Position numbers and translations under genes: made by a program. A stretch of DNA of 64,000 nt from Candidatus Eremiobacteria bacterium (GTDB lineage: Bacteria; Vulcanimicrobiota; Vulcanimicrobiia; Vulcanimicrobiales; Vulcanimicrobiaceae). Location: contig CAVTRC010000001.1 of the NCBI GenBank assembly GCA_963737065.1, forward strand, positions 1,376,001 to 1,440,000, in the 5' to 3' direction. Each line of letters starts with the position of its first letter. The first letter of the stretch is position 1. Under the pieces are notes generated by a model that was given only the letters and a program-made list of their open reading frames with translations, did no database searches and was not told where the DNA came from. Below, in pieces: positions 19,626 through 29,132 of this stretch.

Positions 19626-19865
19626 TTACGGATGTCCTCCGTTGTTGGTGGTCGTCGTGCTGTTCGTCGTGGATGACGAGCCGTTCGCACCGGAATTGTT
19701 GCCCGGCTGCGTGATCGTGGTATTATGGGTCGTCGAACTGCTCGTCGCGGACCACGGATGCCACGCGAAGAGCGCGATGAGGACTGCGACGATAACAATT
19801 AGCGTAATGCCGATTGCGGCGCCGCTGCTGCCGCCTTCATCCCTGACGATTACCGGATCGCTCAT
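19626..19865 (-). CDS. Small single-TM protein with Ser/Thr/Asn-rich tail
   Basis: GGAG RBS; hydrophobic helix then WHPW and a low-complexity tail. Confidence 0.75.
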   Translation of the reverse strand: MSDPVIVRDEGGSSGAAIGITLIVIVAVLIALFAWHPWSATSSSTTHNTTITQPGNNSGANGSSSTTNSTTTTNNGGHP

Positions 19866-19896
19866 GTCTCAGATGTCTCCCTTCTCCGCATGGGCT

Positions 19897-19922
19897 TTTC
19901 CCGCTCGCTCGCAAGCACAAAC
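19897..19922 (-). promoter_or_regulatory. Putative SigB/SigF-type promoter
   Basis: GTTT-N16-GGGAAA on the minus strand, about 30 nt upstream of the ATG at 19865. Confidence 0.55.
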
Positions 19923-19947
19923 GCGGATCATCGCGAAACGGCCAAGC

Positions 19948-20232
19948 GTGACGTTGAGCGTTTTAGGCGGGGCGTTATCGGGTATCATCGGCGTTTTCGC
20001 ATTATTCCGAGCGTTCCGACCGGGCGGGTACTACGACGCCGACGTTTACGGCATGACGGCAGCGACGCACCGGGCGTACGCAGCCCTCTCGTGGGGGTTC
20101 TTCGTCGCTTTCGTCTTCACGCGGTGGTTCCGAGCGGGTACGATAGCCTTTTACCTCTTGGCGGCGTTCGTGCTCGTTGCACTGTTTTACCTGACGTCGT
20201 TTCTGCGCGGAGCTCACGAAGACGATGGCTGA
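19948..20232 (+). CDS. Small membrane protein
   Basis: Three hydrophobic segments; overlaps the start of the next gene. Confidence 0.65.
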   Translation: MTLSVLGGALSGIIGVFALFRAFRPGGYYDADVYGMTAATHRAYAALSWGFFVAFVFTRWFRAGTIAFYLLAAFVLVALFYLTSFLRGAHEDDG

Positions 20233-21949
20233 TTTTCACTTTTCACCGCGCCCGAACCGAGCCGCCGAGATCGAATGGTCGGCATGGGCTCCGGACGCGT
20301 TCGAGCGCGCGGAACGCGAAGACAAGCCCATGCTGCTTGCGATTTCCGCAGTCTGGTGTCACTGGTGCCACGTCATGGATGAAACGACGTATTCCGATCC
20401 GGACGTCATCGGGCTCATCAACGCGAATTACGTGCCGGTGCGCGTCGACAACGACGAACGGCCCGACATCAACGTTCGCTACAACATGGGCGGATGGCCG
20501 ACTACGGCATTTCTCGCACCGGACGGCACGACGTTGACCGGCGCAACATATTTGCCGCCCGTGCAGATGCGTCAGGCATTGAGCGACATCGCGCGATTCT
20601 ATCACGAGAAGAAAAGCGAGATCGCGCAGCGTTCGAATGAATTGCGCGCTAACCGCGTCGCCGTCGAATCGACGCCGGATGCGCTTTCACCCGCAATCGT
20701 CGATCGCGTGCGCGGCGCCATTGCGGACGCTTACGATCCCGAGTTCGGCGGATTTGGAGACGCACCGAAGTTTCCGCAGCCGGAAGTGCTCGAATTCCTG
20801 CTCTACGAATGGCGCGCACGCGATGACCACCATTGCTACGACATGGTCGCGCGAACGATGCTCGAGATGGCACGCGGCGGCATGTACGATCACGTCGAGG
20901 GCGGTTTTTTCCGGTATTCGACGACGCGCGACTGGTCGGTCCCGCACTTCGAGAAAATGGCGGAAGACCACGCCGGGCTCTTGCGCGTGCTCTCGCAACT
21001 GCAGTTATGGGCGCCCACGCAAGAGACCCATGAAACGTTGCGTTCGGCGCTCATGTACGTGCGTACCGTTTTGCGCGACCCGCTCACCGGATTCTTCTCG
21101 GGAAGCCAAGATGCCGATGAATCGTATTTCGCGCTTCCGCTTGAGGAGCGGCGCACGCGAACCGCGCCTTTCGTTGACCCGCGCTCGTACTCGAATTGGA
21201 CGTCATCGCTTGCAGGCACGTTTGCGTGGGCCGCATTGGCAACCGACGACGGTGCGCTCGCGAATGAATCGCTGCTCGCGCTCGATTCGCTGCACGAGCG
21301 AATGCGCGACTCCGACGGCATGCTCTTCCATGTCGTTGCGCCCGGCGAAAAGCCGCGCATCCGCGGGTTGCTTACCGACCAAGTCGCATACGTCCGCGCG
21401 TTGCTCGACGCGCACGAAACGACCGGCGAGGCGCGGTTACTGGAGCGCGCGCGCACACACACCGACGGCATCGCCGTGCATTTCGGTGCGCCGGACGGCG
21501 GCTACTACGACCATGCGCGGCGCGAAAATGTCATCGGGCGTCTCGAACTTGCGGATCGTCCGATGATCGACAACAGCGTCATGGCGGAAAACCTCCTGCG
21601 GCTGAGCCTGATGACGAACGAGGAGCGCTATCGCGCGCAAGCGGAGCGCGTCCTCTCGCTCTATGCGGCGTCGTACGAGAGCGCGGGCGGGTTCGCGGCG
21701 CCGTATGCGCGCACGGTGCGACGGTATCTCACCGCGCCGGTCAGCGTGCGGTTACGCGGCACGCCGGCCGCGACGAGCGATCTGCGGGAGGCAGCACGCC
21801 GTCTGCCCGCCGCCTTCACCACGGTGTACGGGGAGACCGGTGGTGACGCTATGCCGCAAGCCTACGTCTGCGCCGGTACGACGTGCGCAGCCCCCGTAAA
21901 CAGCGCTGCAGAGCTGCGCGGCGCGTACGAGTCCGTCGCCACGATTTGA
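20225..21949 (+). CDS. Thioredoxin-domain DUF255 protein (YyaL/SSP411-like)
   Basis: WCHWCHVMD, GGWPTT, GGFGDAPKFP, GGFFRYS and PHFEKM. Confidence 0.93.
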   Translation: MADFHFSPRPNRAAEIEWSAWAPDAFERAEREDKPMLLAISAVWCHWCHVMDETTYSDPDVIGLINANYVPVRVDNDERPDINVRYNMGGWPTTAFLAPDGTTLTGATYLPPVQMRQALSDIARFYHEKKSEIAQRSNELRANRVAVESTPDALSPAIVDRVRGAIADAYDPEFGGFGDAPKFPQPEVLEFLLYEWRARDDHHCYDMVARTMLEMARGGMYDHVEGGFFRYSTTRDWSVPHFEKMAEDHAGLLRVLSQLQLWAPTQETHETLRSALMYVRTVLRDPLTGFFSGSQDADESYFALPLEERRTRTAPFVDPRSYSNWTSSLAGTFAWAALATDDGALANESLLALDSLHERMRDSDGMLFHVVAPGEKPRIRGLLTDQVAYVRALLDAHETTGEARLLERARTHTDGIAVHFGAPDGGYYDHARRENVIGRLELADRPMIDNSVMAENLLRLSLMTNEERYRAQAERVLSLYAASYESAGGFAAPYARTVRRYLTAPVSVRLRGTPAATSDLREAARRLPAAFTTVYGETGGDAMPQAYVCAGTTCAAPVNSAAELRGAYESVATI

Positions 21950-21973
21950 AACACGCTCGTCCGGTTCGGCGTA
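21947..21973 (+). promoter_or_regulatory. Putative ECF-sigma promoter
   Basis: TGAAAC-N17-CGTA upstream of the GGAGG RBS of the TM2-domain gene. Confidence 0.4.
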
Positions 21974-21996
21974 GTGAATGGTGGAGGAAGACAACC

Positions 21997-22407
21997 ATGA
22001 CACCGTATGTCGAAACGCTTCTGCAGTACGTCCGCCCGGAAAGCCAAGGAGCGTTCGTTTACGACTATCGCCGCTTCGCGAAGGATCCGAACCTCGCGCT
22101 GCTTTTGACGATTTTGCTCGGCATCGTCGGCGGCGAAGCCTACTACATGGGCGAGTGGAAGCGCGGAATTTTGATGACCCTCGCGCTGTTTTCGGGCGTC
22201 GGCCTCTTCATCAGCGTGCCGATGTGGATCGTTCGCTGCTTCACGATCGCAAACGAATGTGAGTCGTACAACGACTACCTCGCCTACTGCCTCGCATACC
22301 GTTACCTGCCGATCGGCACGGCGCCCGAACCGCCCGCGCCGGCTCAGGCTCCCGGTACGCACACACGGCCACACATCTCCGGCTTGCCGATGACCGTTCG
22401 TTCATAA
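21997..22407 (+). CDS. TM2/NINE-domain membrane protein
   Basis: KDPNLALLLTILLGIVGGEAYYMGEWKRGIL motif; GGAGG RBS. Confidence 0.8.
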   Translation: MTPYVETLLQYVRPESQGAFVYDYRRFAKDPNLALLLTILLGIVGGEAYYMGEWKRGILMTLALFSGVGLFISVPMWIVRCFTIANECESYNDYLAYCLAYRYLPIGTAPEPPAPAQAPGTHTRPHISGLPMTVRS

Positions 22408-22545
22408 CAGCGACCGCCAGGCCCGGCGAGACACCGTCGGGCGTTCGAATTGAGTACGAACCGGCCGCAATGAATGAACAGACCTCGTTGGAGCGTTTCT
22501 CGTAACGGCTGGCGCAGCGATCCAATACATTAACTGGTTGAATAG

Positions 22546-22869
22546 TTGATGTCGATGGTAGTACTCTTCACCGTCGTGGTCACGATAGGGCTCGTTGCTG
22601 TACTAGCATCGGTCGCGATCTCCATTTGGCAGTACGGCAACGTCCGCTTACCGGTCGCCATTTCATCGGCGTGCGCTCTCGCGGCCGCTGTTGCCGAAAT
22701 ACTGTGGTGGCGCAACGCGAACTCCATTGACATTTCGGTCGGTTTCGTTCTTGGGATCGCTAGCATGATGGCTGCATCGTGGGCGATACGAAGCAGAACC
22801 AGCAATGATCTTGAACAGTTCAGACGTCGCTACGATGAGATTAAAAACCGGGTGGACACACGGCGCTGA
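22546..22869 (+). CDS. Hypothetical membrane protein
   Basis: Three hydrophobic segments. Confidence 0.5.
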   Translation: MMSMVVLFTVVVTIGLVAVLASVAISIWQYGNVRLPVAISSACALAAAVAEILWWRNANSIDISVGFVLGIASMMAASWAIRSRTSNDLEQFRRRYDEIKNRVDTRR

Positions 22870-22880
22870 CGGAAAGGCGG

Positions 22881-24005
22881 CTACGGTCGCACGAATGCGT
22901 TCCAGTACCAGCAACCCCACAGGCCGGCGATAACGGAATACACGATCAGAATCCGCGCCCACAACGCGAGTGCGTTTTTCGCCGCGAGAAACATGAGCGC
23001 GACGAGAAACGGTTCGAAATCAAGCGCGTGACGCATGCCGAACTGCGCGAAGCCGTTGACGTAGTAAACGAAATTCGGCGCCGCGGTTACGAACACGGCA
23101 ACCCAGAGCGCGAGAACGAGTTGCACCGGTCGACGGGCGAAGAATGAATAGATCAACGCCGGGCTCGTCCACGTCAGCGCCACCCCGCTAAGCGTCGGCT
23201 GCAGATACGGAAAGTGCGCGACTCTGTCGGGAGCTTGAACGAGAAACGACCACAGCTCATATGGAAAGTAGCGCAACTGAAACGGTGAGCCGGTCGCACT
23301 TCCCACCTGATCTTGGTGGTACCACGCGGTGTAGCCGATGTCGTACCATGTGCCCCAACGCGCGACGTTGTATGAAACCCAGCCGACCGCAACCGGAACC
23401 AGCACGGCGGCGAACGATGCAATCGCGCGCCGCGAATTGATCAGATACGCGTAGACCGGCAGCGCGAGAATCAGGTCGAAACGCGAGAGCAGCGCGGCGC
23501 TTCCCCAAAGGGCGACGAGCCAGCCCCGCTTCTTACCGGCCAATTCTACGAGCGCGAGCATCGTAAAGCAGACGGCCGATACGTGAGCGATGAACCAAAC
23601 GTCGCCGAGCATCGCGCACCAGAGCAAATCGGTTCCGGCGAGCAACAAGGCACAGATCCAGAGGTTCTCGGCGTCGCCGACGCCGTACCGTTCCCCGAGC
23701 TCGTACGCAGCGGCGACTGCGATCGCACCGAGGACGATCGAAAGCAACGTCTGGTTTGCGTTGCCGAATAGCGCGACGAACGGTAGGAGCAAGAGCGCCG
23801 GCATCGGCGCCTCGATAACGTAATAGTGCCCGTTGTACGGCAGCGCGTCGATATACGAGCCGGGCCAGTTGATCCATGTGTGGCCGTGAAGCAATGCCTG
23901 CGCGAGCAAGACGAAGTTGTTGTACGGCGTGGCGCGTCCGCGCGCGAGGATTGCGATCAGAATAGCAGCGATCGCGCCCACAATAAGCGATCGTTTGATT
24001 TTCAC
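22881..24005 (-). CDS. Polytopic membrane protein, putative GT-C glycosyltransferase
   Basis: Many TM helices, YNVARWG and GFAQFGMRHALD motifs. Confidence 0.65.
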   Translation of the reverse strand: MKIKRSLIVGAIAAILIAILARGRATPYNNFVLLAQALLHGHTWINWPGSYIDALPYNGHYYVIEAPMPALLLLPFVALFGNANQTLLSIVLGAIAVAAAYELGERYGVGDAENLWICALLLAGTDLLWCAMLGDVWFIAHVSAVCFTMLALVELAGKKRGWLVALWGSAALLSRFDLILALPVYAYLINSRRAIASFAAVLVPVAVGWVSYNVARWGTWYDIGYTAWYHQDQVGSATGSPFQLRYFPYELWSFLVQAPDRVAHFPYLQPTLSGVALTWTSPALIYSFFARRPVQLVLALWVAVFVTAAPNFVYYVNGFAQFGMRHALDFEPFLVALMFLAAKNALALWARILIVYSVIAGLWGCWYWNAFVRP

Positions 24006-25459
24006 AGTTGCGCGGTCGTTCGCTGCACGCGATAGAGTTCAGGGTGCGCGAAGAGCCGTTCGAGACGAAAACCTCGTACGCTCCCCTCCGGCGTACCGAC
24101 GACGAAAACCGCGCGCCGCGCGCTCCAGCCGTCGACGTGGTCTTCGACGTCGCCGATCCACGCCGGGACGATCGTCCGGCGTCCGGCGGCACGGTCCACA
24201 TACGCCCGATACGCCAGTGCGGGCGCGAGCGTCCAACTCGCAACGATAATTGCATCATCGGGCGTTCGGTCAAGCACCGCGTTCGCCGCATCGGCCGCTC
24301 GCCGGTCACCGGCCTGCCCGGAGATCGTCGGCTGCGACACGAGCAACGCTGCGGTGGCGACCAGCATCGCCGCGTGCGCGGGAAACCGCACGACTGCCAC
24401 CCGCAAAGACGCGAGACCGTATCCCGCAAGCGAGCCGAGCGCCACGAACGCCGGTAAGAAATATCGCGAAACGTCCGACTCATCGCGAAAGCCAAGCGCG
24501 AACAGTGCGGGCGCAGCACCTGCAATGCACAGTACGAGAACGCGCACATCACGCTTTCGCGCGGCGAAGAATACGCCGGTCGCTGCCGCCGCGAGACCAA
24601 TCCACGTCAGTTCTCGCGCGGCTAGCGCGACGAATGATGCCGCTGCATCGAAGTCTCCGTCGTTCGCATACGCATGAAGGCCCGCAGCGACGTCCACATC
24701 CGGAGCGAACACCAGATCGAAAAACTGCGATGGTGCTATCGGATGATCGTAATCCCAAAACGCGTTTCCGACGATGCCGAGTTGCGCGACGGGATCCAGG
24801 TGAGCTGCCGTAACGGCCGCGCTACGCAACGGAAGATAGAGGAACCAGATCGTCGCCGACGCGACAGCGATCAGCGAAGCGGCGAGCAACGCTCGTCCGT
24901 CCACTTGATGGAGTTTCGCAATGACGAGTGCTAAGATCGCGGGAAGCAAGAAAAGTGCGATTGGGTGCGCGGCGACAGCAAGCCCGAATGCAATCGCTGC
25001 CGCGTAGAGGCGGCTCGGGCGCGCTTCACGATGCCACTGCAAGAGCAACCACAAGGCCGAAGCATACAACGCGATCGCAAGCGCATGAACGTCCGCGCGC
25101 GTCGCGACGGTCCACGTGACGCCGCCCACGGCAAAAATCCACGAGGCGAGAACGGCGGCCACGCGATCGCCGGACAACTCGTGAACGATCGCATACACGC
25201 ACCATGCCGCGAGGCTCATGCAAAGCGCGCTGAACAGGCTCATGCGGAACGCGACGGAACCGAACGGCAGCGCGTGCGAAAACAGCCACCCCGCAAGCGT
25301 ATACAGCGGGAGGCCCGGCGGATGCGCGATACCGAGAATATACGGTACGGTGTCCATCTCGCCGACATCCCAAAATCCGACGAAACGATGTGCCGTCGCG
25401 GCGTAAACGATGAGCGGCGCGCCGAACGCTGCAAAACTTGCGATGCGCGCACTGTTCAC
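24002..25459 (-). CDS. DUF2723 family protein (GT-C, TMEM260-like)
   Basis: WDVGEM...LGIAHPPGLPLY signature and YLPLRS. Confidence 0.85.
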   Translation of the reverse strand: MNSARIASFAAFGAPLIVYAATAHRFVGFWDVGEMDTVPYILGIAHPPGLPLYTLAGWLFSHALPFGSVAFRMSLFSALCMSLAAWCVYAIVHELSGDRVAAVLASWIFAVGGVTWTVATRADVHALAIALYASALWLLLQWHREARPSRLYAAAIAFGLAVAAHPIALFLLPAILALVIAKLHQVDGRALLAASLIAVASATIWFLYLPLRSAAVTAAHLDPVAQLGIVGNAFWDYDHPIAPSQFFDLVFAPDVDVAAGLHAYANDGDFDAAASFVALAARELTWIGLAAAATGVFFAARKRDVRVLVLCIAGAAPALFALGFRDESDVSRYFLPAFVALGSLAGYGLASLRVAVVRFPAHAAMLVATAALLVSQPTISGQAGDRRAADAANAVLDRTPDDAIIVASWTLAPALAYRAYVDRAAGRRTIVPAWIGDVEDHVDGWSARRAVFVVGTPEGSVRGFRLERLFAHPELYRVQRTTAQL

Positions 25460-25461
25460 GA

Positions 25462-26163
25462 CTAAAATGCCGGCAGGGTCGGCTCCGGCCGCGGCTTCGG
25501 GCCGACGAACGTCGACGGCGGCAACGAAGGCGGGAAGCGATAGTCGGTCCAGGTGATCCGCTCGCGGGTCGGTTTGCCTTTCACGTCTGCCTCGACGCTT
25601 GCCACGAGCGGCACCCAATATGCGCCGGACCTGCCATATTGCAGCTGCCCGGTTCCGGTCGTCGTTCCGGCCGCAGCGCGAAATGCGATGGCGCGCGGTA
25701 AGTAGGTTTGCCCGTCGATCGTCAGCGTCGTCACGGCAAACCCGCTGTCAGCTGGTATCAACGGACGGGCTTCGTACATGTAATCGAAGTGCGAGCCGGC
25801 GCGCACCGAACGTAAATAGAGCAGCGTGTACGTTGAAGTGCGCGGCGCAATGCGCGACACGTCGTACCGGTCCGGACGCCGGGCAATCTTCACGACTTTT
25901 CGCGACAACGCGGTTCCATCGACCGCAAGCGTTTCATCGCGTACTTTTTCGCCGCTGCGGTAAATTTGATGGCGTTGCTCGATGGAGTTTGCACCGGCTT
26001 GCGACACTGTGTACGTGAAGATCATGGCCTTCGGCTGCTTGAGCGATGCGATTTCAAGTTCGTAGCGTTCCAGTGCGATCTGCGAATCGATCGGCGCAAC
26101 CACGCGCGGCGACGCGGCAATCGATACGGCGATCAAGGCCACGACGCAAAGAGCGCGCATCAT
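25462..26163 (-). CDS. Hypothetical exported protein (LolA/sorting-protein-like fold possible)
   Basis: Signal peptide; IDGQTYLP and ITWTDYRFP motifs. Confidence 0.65.
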   Translation of the reverse strand: MMRALCVVALIAVSIAASPRVVAPIDSQIALERYELEIASLKQPKAMIFTYTVSQAGANSIEQRHQIYRSGEKVRDETLAVDGTALSRKVVKIARRPDRYDVSRIAPRTSTYTLLYLRSVRAGSHFDYMYEARPLIPADSGFAVTTLTIDGQTYLPRAIAFRAAAGTTTGTGQLQYGRSGAYWVPLVASVEADVKGKPTRERITWTDYRFPPSLPPSTFVGPKPRPEPTLPAF

Positions 26164-28790
26164 GCAAGCACCGCGTCGCGAATCGCTTGCACCGCCGCCG
26201 GTGCACCGCTCGCATCCTTTCCGCCGCCCTGTGCTTGCGTGGGTGCTCCACCACCTTTGCCATGCACGAGCGGTGCCGCGAGCTTCACGAGATTGCCCGC
26301 ATGCACGCCGGCCTTTACGAGGTCGTCGCTTGCGGACACGAGCAGGCTTACGCTGCCGTTATCGACGCCGGCAAGCGCAATGACACCACTCGGCATACGG
26401 CTTCGCAACGCGCTCGTGAGATGGCGCAAGGCTTCGGCGTTGCCTTCGTGCACGACGGCGCCGACGAATGCGCGATCACCTTTGCGTTCGACGCGCTCGA
26501 GATACGCTTGCGCGTCCGCCGCTGCGAGACGAGCTTTCATCTGTCCGACCGCGGTCTGCAGGTCTTTGATGTCGCGTTGCATCCGGGACACGCGCTCGGA
26601 AATTTCATCCGGCGTCGTGGCCAGCGACGAAGCGAGGTCGCCCACGAGCGTCTGTTGACGCGCGACGAACTCTTCCGCTGCTTGCGAGACGCAACTCTCG
26701 ATGCGGCGGATGCCGCTGCCGATCGACGACTCGCTGAGGATGAGAAACATGCCGAGTTCGCCCGTCGTGTGCGAATGCGTCCCGCCGCAGAACTCTACCG
26801 ACGGACCCGCCTGCACGACGCGCACGATTTCGCCATACTTCTCACCCGCCATGGTGATCGCGCCGGTTCTGCGCGCTTCTTCGATCGGCAGTTCGCGCGT
26901 CACGAGATGCGAATCGTCACGAATCATTTCGTTGACTCGCGCGGACACGGCGCGCTTTTGTTCCGGCGAGAGTGCGCCCGAAGGCCACCGGAAATCAAAT
27001 CGCATGCGATCGATGCCGACCCACGATCCCGCCTGCGCAACGTCGTCGCCGAGCACGTCTCTGAGCGCGCGCTGCAGCAAATGCGCGGAAGTGTGATGAC
27101 GGCGAATTTCGCGTCGCCACCACTGATACACCGCCGTGTGGACGCGATTGCTCGCGTGAAACTCTCCGCCGCGGACAATGCCGTGGTGGGCAACCGCGTC
27201 GCCCATATACTGCGCGTCTTCTACCTCGAAGACCGAACCGTCTTCGCTCGTCAAGCGTCCGCGATCGCCGATCTGGCCACCGCGCTCGGCATAAAACGAC
27301 GTGCGGTCGAGCACGATCGCGCCACGTTCGCCGGCGGCCAGCATCTCAACTGGAGCTTGCCCTGAGCCTGTCGAAGGGTCTTTGAGGAGCGCGACGATTT
27401 CACCGTCGGTTTCGAGGCCCTCGTACCCGGTGAAGTCCGACTTGATTGCGGGCAGTTCCGCAAGCGAGACGACCGCGCGTTTCGCTGCAGCATCGCGTCG
27501 CGCGCGCTCCCGCTGTTCGTTCATCTTTTGTTCGAACGCGATCGTGTCGACCGCGACGCCGCCGTCACCCGCGATTTCCCGCGTCAACTCGATCGGGAAG
27601 CCGTACGTATCGTGGAGGACGAACGCATCTTCTCCGGATATCAAGCGCGTGCCGTTTTCGTTGGCGTCTTCAATGAGGCGGTCGAGCATCGCCATGCCGC
27701 GCGCGAGCGTTCGATCGAAGGTTTGTTCCTCGGCGCGCACCGTTTGCCGAACCCGTCCAATGTTTTGCCGCAACTCGGGATATCCGGGCGCGAGCGACTG
27801 CACGACCGCGGCGGTGAGCTCGGTGAGGAATCCGTCCGGATATCCGAGCAAACGCCCATTGCGAATTGCGCGGCGAATAAGAAAGCGCAGCACGTAGCCG
27901 CGATCGTTGTTCGACGGAAAGATCCCGTCGTTGATCAGGAACGTCACCGCGCGCGCGTGATCCGCGATAATGTTCTGGCGCACGCGCTGTTCGGCCGGCG
28001 CAAGCGACGTTAGACCGATTGCAGGCTGCGCCGCAATCAAATCGGTAAACAGATCGGTCTCGTACATGGACGCGTGGCCGTTTGCGAGCGCGAGACACCG
28101 TTCGAAGCCGGCGCCCGTATCGATCGATTTCTTCGGTAATTCGCTCAGCTTGCCGTCGGCGCTGCGATTGAACTGTTGGAAAACGAGGTTCCAAAATTCC
28201 ACGAACCGGTTGCCCAAATTCGGCCCGGTATCTTCCGGACCGCCGGCATGCTGCTCGCCCGTATCGTAAAACAACTCCGTACACGGACCGCATGGACCCG
28301 TGGGCCCCATCGTCCAGAAATTGTCTTCGTCCCACCGGCTGACGCGCTCTTTCGGAAGTCCGATTTCGTCGATCCAGATACGCTCGGCCTCATCGTCGCT
28401 CGTGTGTACGGTGACGTAGATGCGATTGGGATCGAGCTCGAGCACTTTGGTCGAAAACTCCCACGCCCACGCAATCGCTTCGCGCTTGTAGTAGTCGCCG
28501 AACGAAAAGTTGCCGAGCATCTCGAGAAACGTTCCATGGCGACCGGTGCGGCCGACGTTCTCAATGTCGCTCTTCGCGCCGGCCACGCGCAAGCAGCGCT
28601 GCACCGTTACCGCTCGGGGTGCGGGCGCCGGCTGCTCGCCGAGAAAGATCGGCACGAACTGCTCCATGCCGGCGATCGTGAAGAGCGTCGTTGACATCTC
28701 GTCGGGAATAAGGCTCGCCGAAGGAAGCAGCTTGTGTTGCTTGGCGACGAAAAAGTCGATCCAAGCCTGTCGGAGTTCTTGGCTTTTCAT
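26160..28790 (-). CDS. alaS: Alanine--tRNA ligase
   Basis: TLFTIAGMEQF, HGTFLEMLGNFSFGDYYK, HTSAHLL editing site and EFCGGTH. Confidence 0.99.
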   Translation of the reverse strand: MKSQELRQAWIDFFVAKQHKLLPSASLIPDEMSTTLFTIAGMEQFVPIFLGEQPAPAPRAVTVQRCLRVAGAKSDIENVGRTGRHGTFLEMLGNFSFGDYYKREAIAWAWEFSTKVLELDPNRIYVTVHTSDDEAERIWIDEIGLPKERVSRWDEDNFWTMGPTGPCGPCTELFYDTGEQHAGGPEDTGPNLGNRFVEFWNLVFQQFNRSADGKLSELPKKSIDTGAGFERCLALANGHASMYETDLFTDLIAAQPAIGLTSLAPAEQRVRQNIIADHARAVTFLINDGIFPSNNDRGYVLRFLIRRAIRNGRLLGYPDGFLTELTAAVVQSLAPGYPELRQNIGRVRQTVRAEEQTFDRTLARGMAMLDRLIEDANENGTRLISGEDAFVLHDTYGFPIELTREIAGDGGVAVDTIAFEQKMNEQRERARRDAAAKRAVVSLAELPAIKSDFTGYEGLETDGEIVALLKDPSTGSGQAPVEMLAAGERGAIVLDRTSFYAERGGQIGDRGRLTSEDGSVFEVEDAQYMGDAVAHHGIVRGGEFHASNRVHTAVYQWWRREIRRHHTSAHLLQRALRDVLGDDVAQAGSWVGIDRMRFDFRWPSGALSPEQKRAVSARVNEMIRDDSHLVTRELPIEEARRTGAITMAGEKYGEIVRVVQAGPSVEFCGGTHSHTTGELGMFLILSESSIGSGIRRIESCVSQAAEEFVARQQTLVGDLASSLATTPDEISERVSRMQRDIKDLQTAVGQMKARLAAADAQAYLERVERKGDRAFVGAVVHEGNAEALRHLTSALRSRMPSGVIALAGVDNGSVSLLVSASDDLVKAGVHAGNLVKLAAPLVHGKGGGAPTQAQGGGKDASGAPAAVQAIRDAVLA
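27355..27378. repeat. REP-like motif inside alaS (encodes PSTGSGQA)
   Basis: GCTTGCCCTGAGCCTGTCGAAGGG; 18-bp exact match to 41919-41936. Confidence 0.75.
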
Positions 28791-28811
28791 AAGGGCTTCC
28801 GAAAGATACTA

Positions 28812-29132
28812 CTAGTGTCCCGGAGCCACCCGCAATCCGGCTTTTTCCGCACATGCGTGCGTCGCCGCGCGAAACTTCGGGTTATCGGGGGTCAACCGCG
28901 CCAGCTGGTCGTCGGTGAACGATGATTCCAAACGCCCTACCGAGCAGTAGCAATACGTGGTGCCCGCTTTCCCCGGAATAGCCTCAAGACACGAGCGTAA
29001 GAAACTCGTTCGCAGCGCACCGTGCAGTTCTTCCCGCTTCGCCGGCGACGGCGACGACGACGATTGCGACGTCCCGCCGGTGCATGCGGCGATGCCGAGC
29101 GTCGCCGCGAGCGCGGCGATGCGCCGGATCAC
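28812..29132 (-). CDS. Small lipoprotein
   Basis: Lipobox IAAC; four further Cys (C..CYC..C). Confidence 0.75.
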   Translation of the reverse strand: MIRRIAALAATLGIAACTGGTSQSSSSPSPAKREELHGALRTSFLRSCLEAIPGKAGTTYCYCSVGRLESSFTDDQLARLTPDNPKFRAATHACAEKAGLRVAPGH

